Assembly (NCBI GenBank): GCA_045862955.1
Contig: BTVI01000001.1
Coordinates: 64,001 to 128,000, forward strand
Origin: Fimbriimonadales bacterium
Lineage (GTDB): Bacteria; Armatimonadota; Fimbriimonadia; Fimbriimonadales; JABRVX01
Direction: 5' to 3'
DNA: 64,000 bases
Part shown: positions 36,821-47,297 of the stretch, in pieces
How the letters are laid out: every line of letters begins with the position of its first letter
Numbering within the stretch: the stretch's first letter is position 1
Made by a program: the position numbers and the translations under genes
Notes under the pieces: model-generated
Database searches by the model: none
The model's input: the letters and a program-made list of their open reading frames with translations, nothing else
What the model was told of the DNA's origin: nothing

Positions 36821-39730
36821 CTAGCGCGTGAGCACCACGGGGCTCACGACCCTAACCTGTTCGCCGTTCGAGCCGGTGGCAGTGACCTGCGCCAGGTACA
36901 CACCCGGCGGCATCGAGACGCCTGCCTGGTCTCGGCCATTCCACACGGCCTGGTTAGCACCGGCAGCACGAGAGCCGGTGGACAGCATAGCCACTTGCTT
37001 CCCGGTCTGGGAGAGGATGCTAACGCTAACATGGGCCTCGCGGTTCAACGAGTACACCACCGTGTAGCTCACACCTCCTCGACCTTTGGACGACGTAACT
37101 CCCAGTCCCGTTACCATTAGCTTAGCGGCAGAGCTCGGGGTTGCCACGACCTTGAAGAGCCTGGGTGTTCCATCTGCAGCGGGTCGGAAGCTAAAGCTGC
37201 TCGTATGGTTCATCGAAATCCTGCGCCCGGATACCGTATCCACGAGCGTGTAGGACACTCCCGATGCCGAGCGGACGATCTCCTCCCACTCCAACGTGAC
37301 TTCACTATCGTTGTTAGGCGCCGTTACCGCTAGGGTCCATTCGATGTTGTGCGCGCTAGCGGGCTTGAGAACCTGGGCGAACGGTGTCCGGCCGTCATCG
37401 CCGACTATTGTTAGTCTCACCGAGTCGATCGGTGCAGGGGCTTTCGGCACCGTGTCATAGGACGCATTCGGCTCTGCGGTCACACCGATGTAGTTGCGTG
37501 CGTCGCGCATGCCGCCTGCCGTTGCGGCGAGACGCAAGGCCCATCCATCGCCACGAATCGCGGGGCGGTCATCACCCGGAGCACGGGAGGACGTCGGAAG
37601 GGGGTGAATGATCAGCCTGCACTCCTTGCGGCAGTAGACCCAAGCACCTTCCCAAGGATAAAGCTGGCCCTGTGGCGCTGCGCGCCAACTATATGCGAGC
37701 TCCGTGGGGGACCAGCGATAGATCTGCGGCCGGATGAACTCGTCCGCGATGGCCTCTTCCAGGCTCATTCGCTTGTTGACGGACTGCACCTCGACCGAGT
37801 TCCAGTCCACCACGAATGGGAACGGGTTGCCGAACATCTGCCAACCCGGCTTCAGTCCGATGCTATACGAGTTGTCGGTGTCCGGCGGGTTCTGCACCGG
37901 GAGGGGCGTTGCCAGCGGGATGGTGAGGAAGTAGCCTACTCCGAAGGGTCGGAAGTCGCCGGAGACACCAACCTTCGTGACGTCGGCATCGGGCGGAGCG
38001 AAGGATGCCCTTGCGTCGCTGGTATCCGACTGGGTGTAGCGCGCCCACTCCCCATCGGGCACCGGGTTGCCGTTTCGATCCTGGTAAACGAAGCGCTGAA
38101 GGCGGAACGTACCGGCGATCAGTTGCTCGGGTCGAGCGTTCCCAACACCGTACGGCACTGCGAACATGGCAGTTCCGGCGGGCTGTACCCTGGGTTGCAC
38201 TCGGAAGGTCCGCGTCGGCACAGGCGAGATGGGGTTACCGTTGATTGCACTAGTAGCAGTTACCGAGAGTGTGTGGGAGCCGCTGGAGAACGCCCGCGTG
38301 AAGTCGATCTCCGAGAAGACACTGTCAATCGGTGTGATGGTGCCGTGCGGGATCACGGTCGTGCCGTCGCGCACTACCACCGATTCCGGCACTACGTTTC
38401 CGAGTCGGATACGCACTCGAATGTTCGTGTATTCGAACACCTCGTTGGCTGCCGGAGACAGGAACTGAACCGACCCGCCGAACCGTCGCAGTGCCTCGAA
38501 CAGGTCGATCTCCCCGTAACCATAGTCGGGGTTCGGAACACTCAAGTTGTGTGTATTAGCGGAGGAGCGGAGCACGTCGAATACGTCTGTTGCAGCGACT
38601 CCCTGAGAAAGCAACATCGCGATGGCCCCAGACGCCATAGGAGCGGCAAACGACGTGCCTACTGCCGTAGTGTAGATGCCACGCATGTCCATGACTGTAG
38701 TGGCTTCCGAAGGCCCGTATCCGTCTCCAGCCGGTGCTGCGAAGTCGACCTTGCGGCTTCGGTCGGTGGAACCCGGATTGGAGTAGCTGGCAATAGAGCC
38801 GCCCCGCGCTGTCGCTCCAATCGAGATGACGTTCGTGTAGCTCGCTGGCCAACCTGCCAATAGGGGTCGGTCATTTCCCGACGACGCGACGATCAGGGTG
38901 CCTTGGTTGAATATCTGGTTGATCAGCTCCTCTTCTCGTGCACTTCGGTTATAGCTACCAAGGCTGAGGTTGAGGACCGCGACTTTAGGTGTGCGCGAGT
39001 TGTTGTAGTCAACCACCCACTGGAGTGACTCCTCGTACAAGGCTGCAGAGAAGAACCAGGGGTTATCTGTTGCGCGGATTGGGAGAATCTTGATACCCTC
39101 CCAGCACACGCCGGCCATGCCGATCGCGTTGTTCGTTGCCGCGGCAATCACACTGGCAACCATCGTTCCATGAGAGTCGGGCCAGTTGGCGTCCGGGCTA
39201 GGATCGTTGCTGTCGTCATCGGCGTTGTAGCCGGGAAGCATTCGGGACTGCCCGCCTCCGAGTTGGAAGTCGGGGTGCGAAATGTCTACCGACGTGTCCA
39301 GCACGCAGACGACGATTCCGTCTTTGCCCTTCTGGAAATCCCAAGTCAGATGGACGTTCATCTGCTTAAGATTCCACTGCTGTGGATACAAGGGATCATT
39401 CGGGGTCTGCTCGTGGCGGAAGTACTTCCAGTTCGGCTCCGGGTTTCGGACTCCGGGAAGCTCGGCAAGTTCCTTCGCCTTCTCGATAGCAAGCTGAGAG
39501 GCGTTCGGCATCGCTGCCTGCTTAATGCGGAGCAGAAAGGAGTTTGGCACTCTCATAGCACGCACGAACTCCAGCCCGTTCGCCTCGGCGAAGGCTCTCG
39601 CCTGTGCAATGGTAGTACCTGGTGCCAGCGTCACACGGATCTCTCCGTTGACGACGTCACCCGCCTCACTCGACTGTGCAGCTCCTGCTGCTGCCAACGC
39701 GAGGCCCAGTCCAATCAGCCATAGTCTCAT
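36821..39730 (-). CDS. S8 subtilisin-family serine peptidase with shared C-terminal module ending in FlgD-Ig
   Basis: Prodomain, PNDPLY..QW, catalytic VLDTS, SHGTMVA and GTSFAAP; WNGRDQAGVSMPPGVY…VVLTR. Confidence 0.9.
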   Translation of the reverse strand: MRLWLIGLGLALAAAGAAQSSEAGDVVNGEIRVTLAPGTTIAQARAFAEANGLEFVRAMRVPNSFLLRIKQAAMPNASQLAIEKAKELAELPGVRNPEPNWKYFRHEQTPNDPLYPQQWNLKQMNVHLTWDFQKGKDGIVVCVLDTSVDISHPDFQLGGGQSRMLPGYNADDDSNDPSPDANWPDSHGTMVASVIAAATNNAIGMAGVCWEGIKILPIRATDNPWFFSAALYEESLQWVVDYNNSRTPKVAVLNLSLGSYNRSAREEELINQIFNQGTLIVASSGNDRPLLAGWPASYTNVISIGATARGGSIASYSNPGSTDRSRKVDFAAPAGDGYGPSEATTVMDMRGIYTTAVGTSFAAPMASGAIAMLLSQGVAATDVFDVLRSSANTHNLSVPNPDYGYGEIDLFEALRRFGGSVQFLSPAANEVFEYTNIRVRIRLGNVVPESVVVRDGTTVIPHGTITPIDSVFSEIDFTRAFSSGSHTLSVTATSAINGNPISPVPTRTFRVQPRVQPAGTAMFAVPYGVGNARPEQLIAGTFRLQRFVYQDRNGNPVPDGEWARYTQSDTSDARASFAPPDADVTKVGVSGDFRPFGVGYFLTIPLATPLPVQNPPDTDNSYSIGLKPGWQMFGNPFPFVVDWNSVEVQSVNKRMSLEEAIADEFIRPQIYRWSPTELAYSWRAAPQGQLYPWEGAWVYCRKECRLIIHPLPTSSRAPGDDRPAIRGDGWALRLAATAGGMRDARNYIGVTAEPNASYDTVPKAPAPIDSVRLTIVGDDGRTPFAQVLKPASAHNIEWTLAVTAPNNDSEVTLEWEEIVRSASGVSYTLVDTVSGRRISMNHTSSFSFRPAADGTPRLFKVVATPSSAAKLMVTGLGVTSSKGRGGVSYTVVYSLNREAHVSVSILSQTGKQVAMLSTGSRAAGANQAVWNGRDQAGVSMPPGVYLAQVTATGSNGEQVRVVSPVVLTR

Positions 39731-39778
39731 CTAGACCACCTCGAATGTCCGAGTTCGCACACCGTGTGAGCTGCCAAC

Positions 39779-41539
39779 CTATTTCCCCGGCGAAGGGGGC
39801 GGCGGCGGCTCGTCAACCGGAGTGAACTCCCATGGCTCAGAGAAAACGAACCGATTGCCATTCTTATCCGGCACAGGTCCGGGCGAGTCGTTCAGGTTTC
39901 GTGCACCCACCCTCCAGTAGAGCCGCTGGGCTCCAGGGAACAATCCGCGAATGTCGAGCGTGTCACTACTCAGTATCCCGCTCTGCTGGGTCGTCGGCAG
40001 GAAGAACACGTTGCGCACCGCTGTTCCTCGAGGGAACGTAAGGTCGCGCGATACCTGCACCACGTAGTAGTTAGCGCCGGGCACCGCTCGCCACGAGAAG
40101 CGAACGCTCTTCAAGTTCACGCTTTCCGACCCATTGACCGGCTGTTCGAGCCCCACCTGTTCTAGGACGGTAGCCGTGCCGCGGGCGTTCACCGGATCGC
40201 TCTCGAAGAAGCAGTCCGTCTGCTGGTCTCCTCCACCACCGGGAAGGTCAATAGACTTTACGCGGTAGACCAGCGAGAGCGAGTAGTTGTAGGTGCGCCC
40301 CGGGACCAGGGCCACTTCCGTCCCTTCCTCAGTGCCAGGGTCCTCGATGCAGTCGGTACCGGGGCCGATTAGCTCGATCTGGCGCCAGTTGAATGCGAGT
40401 GGCGCGGTGTCGTCAATGAAGAAGTTCTCGGTTCCGAGCACTACACCGATGGGCGCGTTCGCCACGTCGTTCCGCCAGATATGCCACTCTACACGGGTGT
40501 AGTTTGCGATTGCGAAGAGGTTCGGGTTCCAACTAACCTTCACACCCGACCCCCGAGCGGGGTCGAATATGGCTTCCGTCGTGAGGTCGTTGGTCGCCGT
40601 ATTGCTCCCGCCTCCTCCCGGACCCGTGATGAGAGCCAGGACGAGCCCGACCACGAGCGCGGTTACGAAAATATTGCCGAGGTTCCTCTGTTTCGGTGCC
40701 CCTCGGATCACCTTGGTTCCGACAATCTTGAGTTCCTCGACGGGGAAGATGGCCCTAGCTTTGTCCCCTGGCCGAACACCTTTCGTGCTTTCGACCACGG
40801 CGGCTTCGGCATCATCGGCGGAGACTTCGATGACCTTGATAGTAGCCACATAGTCACCGTAGCGGAGGACGAGCATCTCCATGCCGGGGCGGATGCCTTC
40901 GCGCGCACCCTTATTCATCAAGACTTTCTGGGGGTTCGCGAACAGGATGGTAGCATCCGGGATTTTCAAGCTAGAGATCGTGGTGACGGCCTCGAGGGCG
41001 GCAAGTTGGATGGCCTCTTGCACGAGAGCGTCTTCGCCACCGGTCATTCCGACCCGGCCCGTGCTTTCACCGACCACGCCACTGGCGCCACGAATAGCCC
41101 TACCCGACGCGGAGTCGTACACGTACACACTCATCACGACGCGCGCCCTGAGGGGGTTCTTCGTGATCAGTACTTGGTCCACGGTGCCAGACACGATGGC
41201 CTCGCACTGCAACTCCTGCCCGATCTTCAGGTACTTCAGACGATCGAGCGGAGGCGCCATGCCCAGGTCTTTGAGCGTCTGGTCCACGGTGTTCTTTGGC
41301 AGCACGTCGTATCGCTGGCTCTTGCTCAGCTCGATGCGGACGCTGTCGGTTGCCATGGCTGCGGTCGCTGCGCCGCCGTAGTCGGATCGGTTCACGAACT
41401 CGACCACTGCCCAGCTGGGTAGCTCGACCTGCGCCTGCGCTCGTCCGGCGGAGAACCCCTGGTAGCAAGTCAGGAGCATGCTTACCACAAGCACTCGGCT
41501 GATAGTGCGCGCCAATGGCGTATTGATGAAACGTCTCAC
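39779..41539 (-). CDS. CsgG-like + FlgT-C-like + FN3-like exported protein with an internal hydrophobic segment
   Basis: WAVVEFVN…KIGQELQCEAIVSGTV…VYDSASG; MNKGAREGIRPG…IKVIEV…VRPGD; IFVTALVVGLVLALI; FSWRAVPGANYYVVQVS. Confidence 0.7.
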   Translation of the reverse strand: MRRFINTPLARTISRVLVVSMLLTCYQGFSAGRAQAQVELPSWAVVEFVNRSDYGGAATAAMATDSVRIELSKSQRYDVLPKNTVDQTLKDLGMAPPLDRLKYLKIGQELQCEAIVSGTVDQVLITKNPLRARVVMSVYVYDSASGRAIRGASGVVGESTGRVGMTGGEDALVQEAIQLAALEAVTTISSLKIPDATILFANPQKVLMNKGAREGIRPGMEMLVLRYGDYVATIKVIEVSADDAEAAVVESTKGVRPGDKARAIFPVEELKIVGTKVIRGAPKQRNLGNIFVTALVVGLVLALITGPGGGGSNTATNDLTTEAIFDPARGSGVKVSWNPNLFAIANYTRVEWHIWRNDVANAPIGVVLGTENFFIDDTAPLAFNWRQIELIGPGTDCIEDPGTEEGTEVALVPGRTYNYSLSLVYRVKSIDLPGGGGDQQTDCFFESDPVNARGTATVLEQVGLEQPVNGSESVNLKSVRFSWRAVPGANYYVVQVSRDLTFPRGTAVRNVFFLPTTQQSGILSSDTLDIRGLFPGAQRLYWRVGARNLNDSPGPVPDKNGNRFVFSEPWEFTPVDEPPPPPSPGK

Positions 41540-41591
41540 TTCAGTTTCTCCTCCGTAATCCGGATTCTCATACCGATCCTTGGTGTGCGCC

Positions 41592-44500
41592 TTAGCGCTT
41601 CAGCACAACAGGCGTCACGGCGCGAGCGATCTGGCCGTCTTCGGTCGTGGCTCGCACTTCAATCGTATACATGCCGGGCGGCACGGACACGCCGCGGCCA
41701 TCTCTCCCATCCCAGGTCACTGACTGCACGCCGGCCGACGCTACTAACCGATTGTCGATCACACGCACCGGCTTGCCGGACGGCGCGATCACGGTCACCT
41801 GCACGCTCGCCTCGGTCGAAAGAGTGAAGCTGATCGAGGCGGCACCACTCCGAGTCGCCTGAGCGACGGGGTTGGTGATACGTAGCACTCGATTCGCCGA
41901 GATCGACTCGATGCGGAACTTGCGCACTGCACCGTCCGAAGGCACGAAGCTGTAGGACGAGGTTGACCGCATGAACACACGCTTGCCGGCTTGCTCGTCC
42001 ACCAGAACGAGGTTCAGATTGCGAGGCAGTTGGCTCATCGCGGGCCAGCGCAGTGTTGCCTGCGTCCCAGCGCCGCTTGTCTCCACGACGAAATTCCACA
42101 CTTGTGTTCCGGCGACCGGGCCGCGAACGTCGGAGACATACCTACCCGATCGTGCACCCCAATCCGTGCGAGGTACGTACACACGTACATACTTTTCTTC
42201 ATCGGAGGGCGGACGCGGGAAGTCGTATCGGCTGTCGAAGCCGTCCGTCGCGCTGTTCGACACCCCGATGAACGCTGCCGTATCCTGAAGCCCCGTCTCT
42301 GTGTAGACGTGGATGGGCAGACGCCACCCATCGCTTAAGCGTGACCAATCCGACCCGTCGGGTCCGTATGCCCTTCCGTCACCACCTGGTGCAGAGCCAC
42401 CAGACGGATCCACTAGCAACGTTACGTCCTCATAGGCCAGGAACCATGCACCCTGATACTGTCCGAGTGTTAGGCTCTCGTCCTTCACCAGGAAGCCAGA
42501 CTGCATCTTCCAGATGATAGGCACTACCCAACCGGCAGCCACTGCCTCGTTATATCCGAGCACTCCTCCCGGCCCACTGACGAAGCTGTTACCCAGCCGC
42601 ACATCGAACTGGAACGGATCGCCGATGAGGTTCCACCCGGCCTTGATAGCGATTGGATAGATGTTATTCGGGTCGGCCGGCGTGCCTGGCGTCGTGAGCG
42701 CCATGTTCGTGTCGTTAGATAGGAAGTAGCCTCGGCCTAGGCGGAACCGGTCTGCCGGTGCCATTGGGTAGTTGAGGAACAGCTGCCTGTCCACGTCCCA
42801 AGCCGTCAGCTTGAAGTTGGGCCCGCCATTGAGCAACTGCTTCGGGTCTTCGGTCAGGTAGTTGAACGGAACCGAGATCAGGTTAGTAAACCGAGCGAAG
42901 TTGGCCAGCGGCGTCAGAATGATGTCGTCAGCGTACTTCGGCAAGCCGTCCGGCGGGGTATCGCCGTCCGGTACCGTCACGGTGATAGGCGCCGGCGGCC
43001 GGAATCCGGTCCCAGTGGTATCCACATGCACCGTGTACGCATTGATGTTATCACCGAGCTTGCAGCCAGGCGCGGCGAACTCGTAGTTGTAGACGTTGCC
43101 GCCCGAGGTGATCGGGGGCGAGAACGTCACCGTGTTGCACACCGTCACGTTGTTCAGCTTAACCAGCACGGGCAGACCAGCGGGTGCGGCCTCGTAGCTG
43201 CTACCGCTGAGTCTCGTCTTCACGTAGCCGCGGAGTGTGCGAGGCGCAACTGGCGACAACTGAACGTCCTGTGTGATGGTGAACCCTGACGGCACATTCA
43301 CCGAGATATCGTTGCGGGTCCGGAATCCGAACGCCGACACCACTAGAGTGTAGTTGCCTGCGGGAAGGTCTATGCCGCTCGCCGCGAAGTCGTACTGACC
43401 ATTCGCGTCGCTCAGCACGGGACCATACGTGACTTGCTGCCCGAAGCGCGTGATGCGTGCGTTGAGCTGTGCACCAGGGATGACTGGGTTTCCAGCTTCT
43501 GTCGAAGTCACGGTCCCTATGAGGTTCCCAGGCGGTCTAAAAATGATGAACGTGTCGGAGCCGGGTGGGTCCGGGTTGCCGGTATTGATTGTGGTCGTCA
43601 CCCCGGCATCCACCACTACCGTAGCGGATGGCGGCTGGCTGGTATCCGAGAATCCAATGGCGGTACCATCTACCGTCACCGTCCAGTTGCCGCGGTTGCA
43701 AGTGATCAAGAAGCGACCCTCGCTGTTCGTGAGACCAGAGACAGGCGGAATGGTCGGGAAGTCCGATGTCAGTGTGACCGTAACGTTGCCCACTGGCGAG
43801 CCGTTCTCGTCGACGACGCGGCCGGTAACGGAACCCGGCGGCTCCTTTGTAATGATCAGGTTGATAGTATTAGCATCTTCCTTGTTGACCTGTCCACCGT
43901 GGATGCCCAGGATCACTTCGGGGTGCTGAATGCGGAAGCCGGGCTTAACCGCATCTACGAAGTAGTGACCCGGCAGCAGGCCGGTGATCACATACTCACC
44001 ATTGGAGTCTGTTAGGGCCGCTCCCAGAACTTGGCCTACCGTCGTCGGATCCTTTCCATTGCCACTGATCCAGCGCACCAGGACGCCGGGCTCGGGCTTC
44101 TTCTCCAAAGTATCCGGGTCGATCGCCTCGACCTTGCCATACGCGCGGGCCGTTCTCATCCAGCAGAGCATGCCGTGGAGCTGCTCATAGCGCCGACTGT
44201 CCGACCAGGCCACGTCCCCATACAGCGGTACCGTAATGACGCGGTGCGAGGAGTGCACGCCCTCCAATCCGTAGGACAGGAAGACCGTCTTCGCCCGCGA
44301 TGCATGGGTAGCAGCTACCGAAGCGAACCCACCCGACGCATATCGGTATGGTCGCCACACCGACGGAATCGAGATCGTACCGACTGCGTTGATCGAATCG
44401 ATCCAGAGCTGATTCCACGCACCGTCAATGGTGACCGACCCGGCAACTAACACACCCGGAGTCTGGAGCTGCAGACCGAAGGGGGTCTTCACTAACTGCG

Positions 44501-47240
44501 CAGGATCGGCCAAGAAGTTCTGCGTGGACCAATCGTCCAGCTCGCCATCGGGCCTAGGCCAGTGGTAGTCCCATGGTCCGAGGACAACTGGGTCACCCGG
44601 TCCACCTTCCACGACGTCGCCGGAGTCGATCAACCGATGGCGTGAGGCGTTATAAGTGCCCACTTGGATATCCGGTCCGACGTCGTCCACATACTGCACT
44701 TTGAAGTAGTTGGTCAGGAAGGTGCTGGGTATCTGACCACCCTGTGTTAGTGCCCAGGCTATATCCTGGCCACTAAGGACGAGACGGCCTCCCGCATCGA
44801 GATACTGCTGAACGACCTGTCGCACCTCTTGTATGTGGATACCGACGCGCTCGGTCCACAGGTCCCCCGCGTATGGTGCCGCCCACACTACCGCGCGTTC
44901 CGCCACCAGCACTTGGCGGGTCTGCAGCGGGTTGTTCGGATCCACCTGTTGATCGAGTCGTGGCAGGTACTGCGCAAGGGCGGTCAGCGGGATGGGACCC
45001 CGGCACTGAGTTCGCCAGATGTCGGCTTCTTGATAAACGGCGGTCGGGCCGAGGGTGTCGAGCGTCTCGCCCGTTCTGGGGTACGGCTCACCCCATGGGG
45101 CAGGCAGATAGAACTTGTCGCGAACGCCAGCCGTGGTATAGAACCATGCGTTCTCTCCATGCGTGGCGGGGTTGCGCAACCAATAGCTTTCTACCGGTGC
45201 CCATGTCGTACGTGCGAACAGGCGGCCGAGCAGCGGATCGAAGTTCAGGTCTTGCGCGAAGAGCTGACCTGCTATGTAGTCCGCAACGAACAGGATCGGG
45301 TTTCTAGCAGCGAAGAGCTGCGTAGTAAAACCGGAGATGTTGTCGTAAACGAGCTGATTGCCTGCGACGTCCTCTACGAGCAGGTCGAGGTAGAAATCGC
45401 TCGGCTGCAGGGGTGTCACCCATGTGTTCGTGTACCAGTTGTCTCCTGCAACCTCACCTTCCGGCTCGTGGCCCCCTTCGCTAACCGGTCCGTCGTCGAA
45501 AAGCTGGAGGCCGTCTCTCAGATCGGATTCCCCCACCGTGCCGACGAACAGTACCCAAGGGAAGGCATAGTTGTAGGTATATGGATTCACTACCTCTTGC
45601 CCGATCTCGACGAACAGGTCCATCTTTTGGCCGGTTGCCGGGAAGGCACGTTGGCCGAACGGATCCGGCAGGTCTCCGCGGAGCTTGAGGTAAAGGCGAT
45701 GCTCAACGCCTTCGCTGTCCACCTCGGCGCCGTCCGGGTCCTTGAACTGAGCGTACACGTGCTTGACGCCGGTCTGGAGGTCGGTGACCCACGCTTTGAT
45801 TTTGATCGGTTGCCCAGGCATGCCCTCGCGTGGTTCGACGATGGGCAACACCTCGAGCATGGGCGGCGACGAGTCCACGAAGAGCCCGATCCAAAGGTCA
45901 TGGAATCCGTCTTTCTGATTCACGGGTGGGTTCGGCCTGTCCGAAACATAGACTAGCCAGTTGAGGCGGAATGCCTCCGTCGGATCCGTCGCACCCTGCT
46001 TACCAGTGGTATCTCCCGCGGGGTCCGCCGTGTAGGCGATTGGGGTATTGAGCGCGTTGTCCTCAGGGACCTCGGGGCTGAACTGATAGATATCGTAGCT
46101 GTTACCAACGCTGTTAGCCGCCACACGGATGCTCAGCTTCCCGTCATACCGAGCTTTGCGCGTAGAAGCGAAGAGGATTCGTGCGCCATCGCTCCGCCAG
46201 ACGGGGTCGCGGTCTTTGGAGGGCGTGCCACCAGACTGGAAGTTGGTCCAAGGCATCGCACCATCCAACGGCATTCCCAACACGTACATGTACAAGCGCT
46301 CACCGGTGGCTGTGCGGCGCGTGAAGATGATGCGCGAGCCGTCAGGCGACCAGTCGGGGTCCACGTCATCCGCACCCGGGGGTGGCTCGGTTAGCTGCCG
46401 GGTGAAGGCCCCGTCCGGATAGGGCGAGCCGTCCGCCCGAGAGCGATAGAGTTTGTACGGCCCACCGGTTGCAAGCCGGGCCGCAAACACCACCTCGGTC
46501 CCTCCGGGGGAGAAGGCAGGGTGGATGCTGTCGCCGAGGGGGCGCACCGGATCGTAGTTCACTCGGATTGGAGGGACGTTGGTGCTGAGATATCGGACGT
46601 AGATATCGAAGTTACCCGACCCGACCGTGCTGCGCCGCGAGTACACGATAGCATTCGAGGCCAAGTTGCTGTCTGGATAGCGCTGCTCGCCGAAGCGTTC
46701 CTCCGGTAGGTTCGGATCATTGCCCGTAATCTGCTGCGCGTTCAGCCCCTCCATATCACATCGCCAGATATGGTACGCCTGGTTTACACCGTCCCACACG
46801 AGACGCCCGGTCGAATCGACGCCGCTCGCATTCGAGGAGAACCAAAGACGTGTATCGCCCTGGGCAAACTTGGGCTCTAGAACGTCGGCGGCAGTCAGCG
46901 TGATGTCTCGGTCTTGAGGCGGGCCGCCTCGGGTAGTGCCTTGCCACCGTGCGGCGAGGCTCTCCTTCGAGAATGGCAGATGCCTGGCGATCTCGAACGG
47001 GGTCTGTATTACCGGGAAGGTGACCACGTTCTTCTCCGGCACCCCCGGAATACGCTCCACCGACTGCGCTGGAGGAAGTTCCTTCCGATACTGTTTCGTT
47101 CGGACGAGACCGCTCCGGTCGGCGAGCTTCGCTGCGTCCCCGGGCGGGGGAGGGGTCTGCGAGAAAGATGAACCAGGAGAAGCGAATAAGAGCGCGGCGC
47201 TGAGAATAACGCCAACCACCGTAGCGCCTTTAGGTTTCAC
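41592..47240 (-). CDS. Large secreted protein: PD40/TolB-like propeller, carboxypeptidase-regulatory-like repeats and shared C-terminal module ending in FlgD-Ig
   Basis: GTG start after GGAGG; HPAFSPGG, DPDWSPDGSRIIF, DPVWRSDG; TDSNGEY, TNSEGRF, SDANGQY; WDGRDGRGVSVPPGMY…VVLKR. Confidence 0.85.
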   Translation of the reverse strand: MKPKGATVVGVILSAALLFASPGSSFSQTPPPPGDAAKLADRSGLVRTKQYRKELPPAQSVERIPGVPEKNVVTFPVIQTPFEIARHLPFSKESLAARWQGTTRGGPPQDRDITLTAADVLEPKFAQGDTRLWFSSNASGVDSTGRLVWDGVNQAYHIWRCDMEGLNAQQITGNDPNLPEERFGEQRYPDSNLASNAIVYSRRSTVGSGNFDIYVRYLSTNVPPIRVNYDPVRPLGDSIHPAFSPGGTEVVFAARLATGGPYKLYRSRADGSPYPDGAFTRQLTEPPPGADDVDPDWSPDGSRIIFTRRTATGERLYMYVLGMPLDGAMPWTNFQSGGTPSKDRDPVWRSDGARILFASTRKARYDGKLSIRVAANSVGNSYDIYQFSPEVPEDNALNTPIAYTADPAGDTTGKQGATDPTEAFRLNWLVYVSDRPNPPVNQKDGFHDLWIGLFVDSSPPMLEVLPIVEPREGMPGQPIKIKAWVTDLQTGVKHVYAQFKDPDGAEVDSEGVEHRLYLKLRGDLPDPFGQRAFPATGQKMDLFVEIGQEVVNPYTYNYAFPWVLFVGTVGESDLRDGLQLFDDGPVSEGGHEPEGEVAGDNWYTNTWVTPLQPSDFYLDLLVEDVAGNQLVYDNISGFTTQLFAARNPILFVADYIAGQLFAQDLNFDPLLGRLFARTTWAPVESYWLRNPATHGENAWFYTTAGVRDKFYLPAPWGEPYPRTGETLDTLGPTAVYQEADIWRTQCRGPIPLTALAQYLPRLDQQVDPNNPLQTRQVLVAERAVVWAAPYAGDLWTERVGIHIQEVRQVVQQYLDAGGRLVLSGQDIAWALTQGGQIPSTFLTNYFKVQYVDDVGPDIQVGTYNASRHRLIDSGDVVEGGPGDPVVLGPWDYHWPRPDGELDDWSTQNFLADPAQLVKTPFGLQLQTPGVLVAGSVTIDGAWNQLWIDSINAVGTISIPSVWRPYRYASGGFASVAATHASRAKTVFLSYGLEGVHSSHRVITVPLYGDVAWSDSRRYEQLHGMLCWMRTARAYGKVEAIDPDTLEKKPEPGVLVRWISGNGKDPTTVGQVLGAALTDSNGEYVITGLLPGHYFVDAVKPGFRIQHPEVILGIHGGQVNKEDANTINLIITKEPPGSVTGRVVDENGSPVGNVTVTLTSDFPTIPPVSGLTNSEGRFLITCNRGNWTVTVDGTAIGFSDTSQPPSATVVVDAGVTTTINTGNPDPPGSDTFIIFRPPGNLIGTVTSTEAGNPVIPGAQLNARITRFGQQVTYGPVLSDANGQYDFAASGIDLPAGNYTLVVSAFGFRTRNDISVNVPSGFTITQDVQLSPVAPRTLRGYVKTRLSGSSYEAAPAGLPVLVKLNNVTVCNTVTFSPPITSGGNVYNYEFAAPGCKLGDNINAYTVHVDTTGTGFRPPAPITVTVPDGDTPPDGLPKYADDIILTPLANFARFTNLISVPFNYLTEDPKQLLNGGPNFKLTAWDVDRQLFLNYPMAPADRFRLGRGYFLSNDTNMALTTPGTPADPNNIYPIAIKAGWNLIGDPFQFDVRLGNSFVSGPGGVLGYNEAVAAGWVVPIIWKMQSGFLVKDESLTLGQYQGAWFLAYEDVTLLVDPSGGSAPGGDGRAYGPDGSDWSRLSDGWRLPIHVYTETGLQDTAAFIGVSNSATDGFDSRYDFPRPPSDEEKYVRVYVPRTDWGARSGRYVSDVRGPVAGTQVWNFVVETSGAGTQATLRWPAMSQLPRNLNLVLVDEQAGKRVFMRSTSSYSFVPSDGAVRKFRIESISANRVLRITNPVAQATRSGAASISFTLSTEASVQVTVIAPSGKPVRVIDNRLVASAGVQSVTWDGRDGRGVSVPPGMYTIEVRATTEDGQIARAVTPVVLKR

Positions 47241-47297
47241 TGGGCACTCGACCTCCTCAATCACCGTCGCCGGTAACGCCTCCATGCGTAACGCGGG

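Noticed and set aside
34013..47240. Flagellar gene cluster, suggested by FlgD-Ig and FlgT-like domains
   Set aside because: No hook, rod, basal-body or export genes are present; these domains occur widely outside flagella.
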